This document shows positions 57,209 to 64,000 of a stretch of 64,000 bases of DNA, piece after piece. Source of the DNA: Lysobacterales bacterium (GTDB lineage: Bacteria > Pseudomonadota > Gammaproteobacteria > Xanthomonadales > SZUA-5); the NCBI GenBank assembly GCA_022844165.1, contig JALHMH010000008.1, positions 73,834 to 137,833 of the forward strand, read 5' to 3'. Each line of letters starts with the position of its first letter. Within the stretch, counting starts at the first letter, position 1. The position numbers and the translations under genes were made by a program. Below the pieces are notes generated by a model. That model saw only the letters and a program-made list of their open reading frames with translations. It made no database searches and was not told the origin of the DNA.

Positions 57209-57328
57209 TTGGGGTTCTCCTTGAGGCTGCGGGAAATGCTGCATCGCTCTACGGGCAGGCGATCGGCTTGCACTCGGATCGGCCCTGCGGGCCGCCGAGC
57301 GGTTACTATCGCAGAAATCCCGGCATGC

Positions 57329-59863
57329 TCATCCAGGCGTCGACGATCGGTCGCCAGGGAGGCTTTCACGATCACCCTGCCGCATGGCTGCGATGTCTTT
57401 TTGCAGACGGAGCAGGGTTGGACTGGCTGGTTCAAGCAGACCTAGAACGGCTTCCTGTAGCAACAAGTAGCGCAGGCTGCCGCGGCGTCCTTCTGGAATC
57501 TTCGCGAGTGCGGCGCGCAGTGCGCTGCGCCGGCCTTCGGTCAGCACGCCCATCTGCTGCAGAATGGCTGCCAGTTCGCTTGCCCGCAGTAGTTGGTCGA
57601 TAGATGGCCGGTCGATGGCGTAGATGGCGTTCAGCGTTTGCTCCAACTGCGTCGTTGACGGCTTACCGGCAGCCGCACCTTGCCAGCGCAGCATCAGATC
57701 GACGGCCTGCAGCTCCGGCAAAGCGACGCCAGCGCACTCCTCGTGGTTCAAACACTGGGCAACCTGTGCGCGCCAGGGCACATACGCGGCTGGACCATCC
57801 TCTGCGATACGCGCGGCATGCAGAGCAGCACGCGCAACCCGATTTTCTGCAGACACGTTGCTGCCATCAATCTTCAGGCGGTCAAGCGCAAGTTCTAGTG
57901 CCGTCTGCATGTGTGTCCTGGCCAGAGCCAGTCGACCGAGATCGAGTGCCTGCAGTGCCGTCTGGTAGTGGATTTCTGCCTCGAAAACGAGTTTGGCGGC
58001 GTTGCCGTGCACGCCCGCATCGAAGTTGCTGATTGTCTCCAGGGCCTTCTGCTGGCTGGCCCAGGCGGCGTGACTTCGGCCAAGCTCGGAATACACCAGC
58101 GCCTTCCATGACCAGGCGTTGGCCAGTTCCATGCGGTTAGCTTCGGAACCGGCCTCCACCAGACGCTGCTTGATCGCGATGCACTCCTCAAAAAACGCCA
58201 GCGCCCGCTCCCAGCGATGGCGGCCGTGCTGGGTCTCGAGCGTCCCCAGGTTCAGCAGAGCATTGGCGAGTTGACGTTCGCCATCTTCCGGAGCATCCGA
58301 GTAGGCGATCACCTGACGCGCGTGCCACAGATGCTGCTGCCAGTGAGCCTCGGTTGCATCGAGGTCTTGCCGTTGGCGGCTGATGCGACCGAGGCGAAAC
58401 GCCACATCGCTGGCCACCGAATGGGTCTGAGGATCGCGGCTCGACAAGGCCCAGGGCCGCAACTGTTCCGCGGCCAGGCGCAAGCTTTGCTCCGCTGCCT
58501 CAAACTGATTGCGCGGCAGTTGTACGCCGGCAATCGTCCGGTAAGCGCGTGCGCGGCGCACGGCAGACTCCTCGTTGCCGTCGATCGGCTCCTTCGCCAA
58601 GTACGCCAGGGCTTCCTGGCCGACAGCATCCAGCAGATCGAGGCGGCCAATGGGGCGCAACCGATCATGCAGATCGCCAAGCATGAACTGCACCAGTCTC
58701 TCGGCGTCCTGGCGTCGTTGCTCGGCCAGACGCTGGGCGACCTCGGCGGCATCGCGACCGGCGCGCGCCTCTTCCATGCCATACAACGCCAGCACCATAC
58801 CCACCAGCAGCGCCAACAAGACCGCACCGCCGGCGACGCTGGCTAACGCGTTGCGGCGCAAGAAGCAACGCAGTGTGTAAAGCTTGCCACCGCCCATCGC
58901 CTGCACCGGTTCGCGTGCCAGCCAGCGCTGCAAATCCTCGGCCATCGCCGCCGCCGAGTCGTAACGCGCCTCGCGTGCCTCGGCCATGGCCTTAAGCGCG
59001 ATTGCGCGCAACTCCGGTGGCAACTGCGCCAGTTGCCGCGTACGGCTCGTGTCAAAACGCAGCGCCAGACTGCCAGCCAATTCGCCGCGCCAGTAGGTAG
59101 AGGTGCATTGCTCGGCGACCATCGTCAACCCGACCAACTGATAGAGGCACTCCGCAAGCACCGCGCCGAGCGCATAGACATCACTGCGCACGTCGATGCC
59201 TTCCGGGCCAGGACGTTTCTGTTCCGGCGACATATAGGCATCGGTGCCGGCAACGCGTGACGTGCGCGTGCCGGGCTGGCGGATCTTCTCGGTGCCGATG
59301 GCGATGCCGAAGTCGATGATCTTGGGCTGCGGCACGCCATCAGCCAGGTGCACCACAATATTGCGGGGTTTGATGTCGCGGTGAATCAGGCCGCGCTGAT
59401 GGGCGTGCGCGATGCCATGGCAAACTTCGATCAGCAGCCGTGCAAGCAGTTCTGGACTGGCTTTGTGCTGGCGCAGGAAAAGATGCAAGGGCTCGCCGGG
59501 GACGTACTCCATCGCAAAGAACAGCGAGCCATCGGGCAGTCGCCCGGCATCGTAGATCTGCGCCACAGCGCGATGGCTCAGTCGCGCCAAAGCCTGGCGC
59601 TCGATCTGGAAAAAGGCCTCGGCAAGCGGCTCCTGCAAGGCATCCAGCATGACCTTGATCGCCACTTCGCGGACAAAGGGATGCTGCTGCTCGGCCAGCC
59701 ATACCAGTCCCATGCCGCCTTGACCGAGCCGACGCCGGAGCACAAAAGGTCCCACCTTCTGACCCGCCGACCATTGGCCGGCCGATGACGGCATAGCCGA
59801 CCAGTCCTGCACCAGAGCATCGTTGTGCGTCCAGGCCGCTGTGGGTGCAGGCGTATTCGTCAT
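57329..59863 (-). CDS. Ser/Thr kinase with TM and TPR-like sensor (no adjacent ECF)
   Basis: GQGGMG, VAIK, HRDIKPRN, DFG, YMSPEQ, TM, FMLGDLHDRLRPIGRLDLL. Confidence 0.92.
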   Translation of the reverse strand: MTNTPAPTAAWTHNDALVQDWSAMPSSAGQWSAGQKVGPFVLRRRLGQGGMGLVWLAEQQHPFVREVAIKVMLDALQEPLAEAFFQIERQALARLSHRAVAQIYDAGRLPDGSLFFAMEYVPGEPLHLFLRQHKASPELLARLLIEVCHGIAHAHQRGLIHRDIKPRNIVVHLADGVPQPKIIDFGIAIGTEKIRQPGTRTSRVAGTDAYMSPEQKRPGPEGIDVRSDVYALGAVLAECLYQLVGLTMVAEQCTSTYWRGELAGSLALRFDTSRTRQLAQLPPELRAIALKAMAEAREARYDSAAAMAEDLQRWLAREPVQAMGGGKLYTLRCFLRRNALASVAGGAVLLALLVGMVLALYGMEEARAGRDAAEVAQRLAEQRRQDAERLVQFMLGDLHDRLRPIGRLDLLDAVGQEALAYLAKEPIDGNEESAVRRARAYRTIAGVQLPRNQFEAAEQSLRLAAEQLRPWALSSRDPQTHSVASDVAFRLGRISRQRQDLDATEAHWQQHLWHARQVIAYSDAPEDGERQLANALLNLGTLETQHGRHRWERALAFFEECIAIKQRLVEAGSEANRMELANAWSWKALVYSELGRSHAAWASQQKALETISNFDAGVHGNAAKLVFEAEIHYQTALQALDLGRLALARTHMQTALELALDRLKIDGSNVSAENRVARAALHAARIAEDGPAAYVPWRAQVAQCLNHEECAGVALPELQAVDLMLRWQGAAAGKPSTTQLEQTLNAIYAIDRPSIDQLLRASELAAILQQMGVLTEGRRSALRAALAKIPEGRRGSLRYLLLQEAVLGLLEPASPTLLRLQKDIAAMRQGDRESLPGDRSSTPG

Positions 59864-59991
59864 TACCAGATTGATGGGCGAAGGTCGAAGCTCTGGCGAT
59901 GATCGCTCAGGATCTACCAGAAATGCGCATCTCCCGAACTGGGACGCTCTATGCGAACGAAGAGGACAAGCCGCAGATCGAGCGTAGCGGG

Positions 59992-60312
59992 TGGGCGTTC
60001 GACTCGGCACACGCCTGCGGCGTGTCTGCGACGAGTCTCACCCCCATGACTCAAGGTGCTGCAAAAGCCAAAGCCGCTCCGCAGAAAATTTGACTCAAAA
60101 GTACAGATCCGGCTCCGTCAAGGACGCCAACGAGGCTTCGCCTCAGACCGACGAGCATTGCTGGCTTCGCCAGACAGCGTGCTTGCCACAACCCCCATCG
60201 AGCGCTGCGCGCTCAATCGCCCCCTTAATTTAAGGGGGCTTCAAAAGCCAAAGCCGCTTCGTAGAAAATTTGACTCATTTGTCGAGAGGAGTCTCCGTCA
60301 AGGACGCTGGTG
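59992..60312 (+). repeat. Dispersed repeat copy 2 (59992-60128) plus a tandem partial copy (60231-60312)
   Basis: CAAAAGCCAAAGCCGCT.CG.AGAAAATTTGACTCA and CTCCGTCAAGGACGC each occur twice; aligns to 29740-29879. Confidence 0.85.
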
Positions 60313-60327
60313 CGACGGGATCGAAGG

Positions 60328-62754
60328 TCAATTCTGTCTCAGCGCGACCGACGGAGCGATTCGTGCGGCCCTCCCGGCGGGAATCACGCAGGCGACGATT
60401 GCAATGGCCGACAACAGGCCGACGGAGCCCAACAGCAGCGGAACGTCGATGGCCTTGGCGCCAACGAACAGGTTGGCCACCAATTGCAGTACAAGTAGCG
60501 CCAGCGGCAGCGCCAAGAGGACGCCAATTCCGACCAGGCGCAGCCCGCGACGGCGAACCTCGCGTGCGATTTGCCCCGGCTCTGCGCCCAGTGCCTGACG
60601 CACACCAAACTCGCGCAACCTTGAATAAACGAATTGACTCAACAGACCGTAAAGTCCAAGCGATACCAGCAGCAGGCCGATGCCGCTCAGGCCGGCGACC
60701 ACAACACTGGCGATCCGCTGCGGAAACAGTGCCACCGCCGCTTGCTCGGCAAGGGCAAATACCTGTGGCGGCGGCAGGTTCGTGTCGATTCGTTCGACGG
60801 CCGTGGCCAGGGCGGCGGCAGCTTGTGCTGGTTGTAAGTCGCTGCGCAGCAACAGATTCAGGCCATTCATCGGATACTGGGCCAACGGCAACAACAGAAA
60901 GCCACGCTGCTCCTCGCCCAACGATGCGTAACGGCTGTCTTCGATGACGCCGACGACTGTCAGATCGCGGCGTTCGCCTGTTTCGCCATAGCTGAACCGA
61001 CGGCCGAGAGCATCGTCGTCGCCAAAAAGTTGCCCGGCCAGATGACGATTGATGATGGCGACCAGTGGCTTTCCTGCAACATCGTTGCTGTCGAAGTCGC
61101 GCCCGCGCAGCGGAATATCGAGCACGCGGGTGAATCCCGGCGAGACCACATTCGCATCCGGATAAATCCCATCGGGGGGCAGACCTTCGCCTTCGATATT
61201 GCCGAGCGACATGCTGGAGAGTGTGAGAGGGACCACCGCTGCCAGGGCGCCCTCGGTCACGCCCGGCAGGCCTCGTGCAGCTTGCAATAGTTGTTCGGCC
61301 GCTGGTCCGGCGCGTTCACTGGAATAACCGCTGGTGGCGAGGTCGAATGCGACCGTCAGAACCCCATCGATCCGGATGCCAGGGTCGATCGCCTCGGTCT
61401 GTTTGGTTGCGCTAAGGAGCGCGCCGCCGCCGACGATCAAGATCAGTGTGGCCGCCACCTGCAGGACCGACAGAACCTGTTGCGAACGTTGGCTGCGGAA
61501 TCGCTGTAGTTCACCCGCAATACGACTATGCGCGGCTCGCCACGCTGGAATGAGGCCGCAGGCGGTCGCCGTCGCCAGCGCCAGAAAAAATGCGAAACCG
61601 AGCACATTTCGGTCTGGTGTCATGTCGAAGTGCAACGGTAGTGGGATCGGTAGCGGAATCGCTACGAGGAGTCGAAGCCCTGACCAGGACAGGGCAACGC
61701 CCAGTGCAGTAGCCACTAAAGCCAGCAGGAACGCTTCGCTCAGCATCATCGACGTCAGATGCCAGCGGGAGGCGCCCAACGACAAACGTAAAGCCAATTC
61801 GGCCCGCCGTTCCTCAGCACGGGCCAAACTCAATCCTGCGACATTGATGCAGGCGACCAACAACAATGTGCCGACCAGCAGGCCGAGCACGCCGGCAAAA
61901 ACCAACAGGCCGCGCATCGCCGCTGCGGGCAGTGGACGCAGCGAGACGGCCGTCAGGCGAAGTGGAGAACGTTCGTCTTCGCCCAGCTCACGGCGAACGG
62001 TCGTCAGGCGTTCGCCGATGATCGCAAGTTCGGCATGCGTCTCGGCTAAAGTTCTACCTTCAGCCAAACGTGCGCCCATCATCAACCACTCCGCCAGGCG
62101 GTTATCGACCAGGTTTTCTGTGCTTGGGCGGATCAACGCGCGGCGCGTGAGCGGTAAAAAGAACTCCGGAGCAAGTCCCGCCATGTGGCCGCGAAACTCC
62201 GGCGCCGTGACACCGACGATGTTGAAAGCACTGCCGTTGATTGTCAGGGTGCGGCCAACGACATCGGCATCGCCGGCATACAAGCGTTGCCATGCGCCGT
62301 GAGATAGCACGGCTGCAGGTGTGCCGCCGTCCTGAGTCAGATCGGCGGGCAGAAGCATGCGGCCCAACTGCGCGCGTACACCCAGCGCCGCGAAGTAGCT
62401 GTCGCTGACCAGAAATCCAAAGCTGTTTCCAGCATTTGGCGCGCCTTCCGCTCGCACGGTCAGCGGCGCCATGCTCCAGCCGAACACATCGCGCAGTGTC
62501 TGAGACTGGGCGGCGATGTCGCGAAAATCTGGATACGACAGCGAGCTGAAGCCGCCACCGGGTCGGCCAATCTCCACTAACTCAGTGGCGGCCGCGATAC
62601 CCGGCAGCGGCCGCAACAAGCCGAGGTTGACCACCGAAAAAAGGGCTGTCAAAGCAGCGATCGCCACAGCCAGCGGTAGCAGTGCAAGCGCGCTCAACCA
62701 GGGATGGCGGGTCCACTCGCGAATGGCATTTGGGATCAAAGTCAGAGCGTGCAT
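60328..62754 (-). CDS. Duplicated ABC permease (ADOP/MacB-FtsX type), no adjacent ATPase
   Basis: SYPDFRDI, LLVACINVAGL, ELALRLSLGA, REFGVRQALGA, PSVALR. Confidence 0.9.
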   Translation of the reverse strand: MHALTLIPNAIREWTRHPWLSALALLPLAVAIAALTALFSVVNLGLLRPLPGIAAATELVEIGRPGGGFSSLSYPDFRDIAAQSQTLRDVFGWSMAPLTVRAEGAPNAGNSFGFLVSDSYFAALGVRAQLGRMLLPADLTQDGGTPAAVLSHGAWQRLYAGDADVVGRTLTINGSAFNIVGVTAPEFRGHMAGLAPEFFLPLTRRALIRPSTENLVDNRLAEWLMMGARLAEGRTLAETHAELAIIGERLTTVRRELGEDERSPLRLTAVSLRPLPAAAMRGLLVFAGVLGLLVGTLLLVACINVAGLSLARAEERRAELALRLSLGASRWHLTSMMLSEAFLLALVATALGVALSWSGLRLLVAIPLPIPLPLHFDMTPDRNVLGFAFFLALATATACGLIPAWRAAHSRIAGELQRFRSQRSQQVLSVLQVAATLILIVGGGALLSATKQTEAIDPGIRIDGVLTVAFDLATSGYSSERAGPAAEQLLQAARGLPGVTEGALAAVVPLTLSSMSLGNIEGEGLPPDGIYPDANVVSPGFTRVLDIPLRGRDFDSNDVAGKPLVAIINRHLAGQLFGDDDALGRRFSYGETGERRDLTVVGVIEDSRYASLGEEQRGFLLLPLAQYPMNGLNLLLRSDLQPAQAAAALATAVERIDTNLPPPQVFALAEQAAVALFPQRIASVVVAGLSGIGLLLVSLGLYGLLSQFVYSRLREFGVRQALGAEPGQIAREVRRRGLRLVGIGVLLALPLALLVLQLVANLFVGAKAIDVPLLLGSVGLLSAIAIVACVIPAGRAARIAPSVALRQN

Positions 62755-63051
62755 TGGTTCGTGCCATGCATGGGGAATTCGACGGAATGCACGGAATGTG
62801 CCAAAGACAAAGAGGGTTCCGAAGGCTGAAAAGCGATCTTCGGTATCGGAATCGTGTTCGGATGCGCACACATTTTTTCATCCTCGGACGGTCAGTCGTC
62901 GCGGCATTCGAGATTCTGTGGCGAGCGGCCAAGCCCGGTTCTCGCAAGATCTCATTTATCCGCGTGCAACTGATCCCGGCTCGGCGACACGTTTTCACCT
63001 CTGTGACGTGCTTTGCCGGCGCTCATTCTCAGTTCTCTGACTGTGGATGAG

Positions 63052-63909
63052 TCACTGGCAGCCGATGGCGCGCAGCAATGCCAGCAGCGATTCAAGATCG
63101 CTGCGATTGTGGCGGGCAATTTCCAACAGCGCATGTGTATGCCCGAAGCGCAGAAAGTCGCGCCAGGCGCGTGGCGCCTCGCTGCCTGGCAGATCGTCGA
63201 CGCGGTGTTTATTGAGCAGCAATCGCTCGACGGTTTGCAGGCGGCAGTTCGGCCAGACTTTGCGAAAGCGGCGGCGGACGGGATAGAGCAAGTCCCAGTG
63301 CACGAAGCCGGCAGCGCCGCTGTTCTCGCCGTGCAGGCGCTCAAGCGTGGCGAGCGCAGGAACGTCGAAACGCTTGCCGTTGTAGCTGACCAGCACCGGT
63401 CGATCCGCGCATTCGGCCAGCCATGCCCTGACCAGCGCGCATTCGCCATCGGGATCGCTCAGGATGAATTGCTTGAGCGTCCAACCATCGCACCAGCGCA
63501 GCACCCCGAGCATGAAGACTTTCAACCCGGCACCGCCATTCAAGCCGCTGGTCTCGGTGTCGAAGAACAGCAGCCTTTCGCGGGGCACCTCGTCGTCTGC
63601 GTGCCAATCGGGTTTCAGATTTTCGGGTAGATCGAGACGAAGCTTGAGTGCATGCAACTGGCCAAGTTTGCGCTCGATGAGCACCAGGCCCGGGGCAATC
63701 GTCTCGCCGGGCAATCGGCCATCGCCCCGTGGCGCGCTGGGGCGAGCTTCGTTTGCCAGCAGTTTCAGTCGTGCAATACGTTGGGCGATGTCGGAATCGG
63801 GTGGGGCAGGGCGCACATCACGGCCGCGGAGCAGGCCGAGGCGATGGGCGAGAGTGGCCGACGTTTGATTGGCATCTGTTGCAACAGGTTGATCGGCAAC
63901 TCCGGCCAT
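63052..63909 (-). CDS. YprB-like RNase H-fold (DEDD) exonuclease
   Basis: FFDTETSGL, SYNGKRFDVP, HWDLL, HNRSDL. Confidence 0.88.
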   Translation of the reverse strand: MAGVADQPVATDANQTSATLAHRLGLLRGRDVRPAPPDSDIAQRIARLKLLANEARPSAPRGDGRLPGETIAPGLVLIERKLGQLHALKLRLDLPENLKPDWHADDEVPRERLLFFDTETSGLNGGAGLKVFMLGVLRWCDGWTLKQFILSDPDGECALVRAWLAECADRPVLVSYNGKRFDVPALATLERLHGENSGAAGFVHWDLLYPVRRRFRKVWPNCRLQTVERLLLNKHRVDDLPGSEAPRAWRDFLRFGHTHALLEIARHNRSDLESLLALLRAIGCQ

Positions 63910-63924
63910 TTCGGTACTCCGTCT

Positions 63925-64000
63925 CGTGCCCCGTGCCCCGTGCCCCGTGCTCCGTGCTCCGTGCCCCGCGCCCCGCGCCCCGCGCCCCGCGCCCCGCGCC
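63925..64000. repeat. Heptamer tandem repeat CG(T/C)GC(C/T)C, about 11 units, runs off the window
   Basis: cgtgccc x3, cgtgctc x2, cgtgccc, then cgcgccc units. Confidence 0.92.

Overview
High-GC gammaproteobacterial chromosome segment; gene content and protein style suggest Lysobacterales/Xanthomonadales (inference). 1-26 kb is mostly core genes (thrA, priA, nfuA, sufE, aceF, metB with tandem Met boxes, hda/AI-2E/DUF2066). The window also holds four Ser/Thr kinase-TPR receptors, four ECF sigma factors, an MmeI-like type IIL restriction-modification gene, and two secreted repeat proteins that both end in a D-x-x-x-N-G-F-E tail and flank an ECF-kinase pair. 47.1-56.5 kb is an integron cassette array without intI (CALIN) made of two converging halves, with a BrnTA toxin-antitoxin pair, an intact IS66 and a hairpin-rich MITE. 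The most striking signal is three remnants of a tyrosine-recombinase + IS91-like (HUH/Y2) element. It ends in its own attC-like hairpin and always sits antiparallel to the array at an AAC/GTT core. Removing the best-preserved copy rebuilds a canonical attC, so it looks like an attC-targeting, self-mobile inverted cassette. Family names come from motif recognition by eye; no database search was run.
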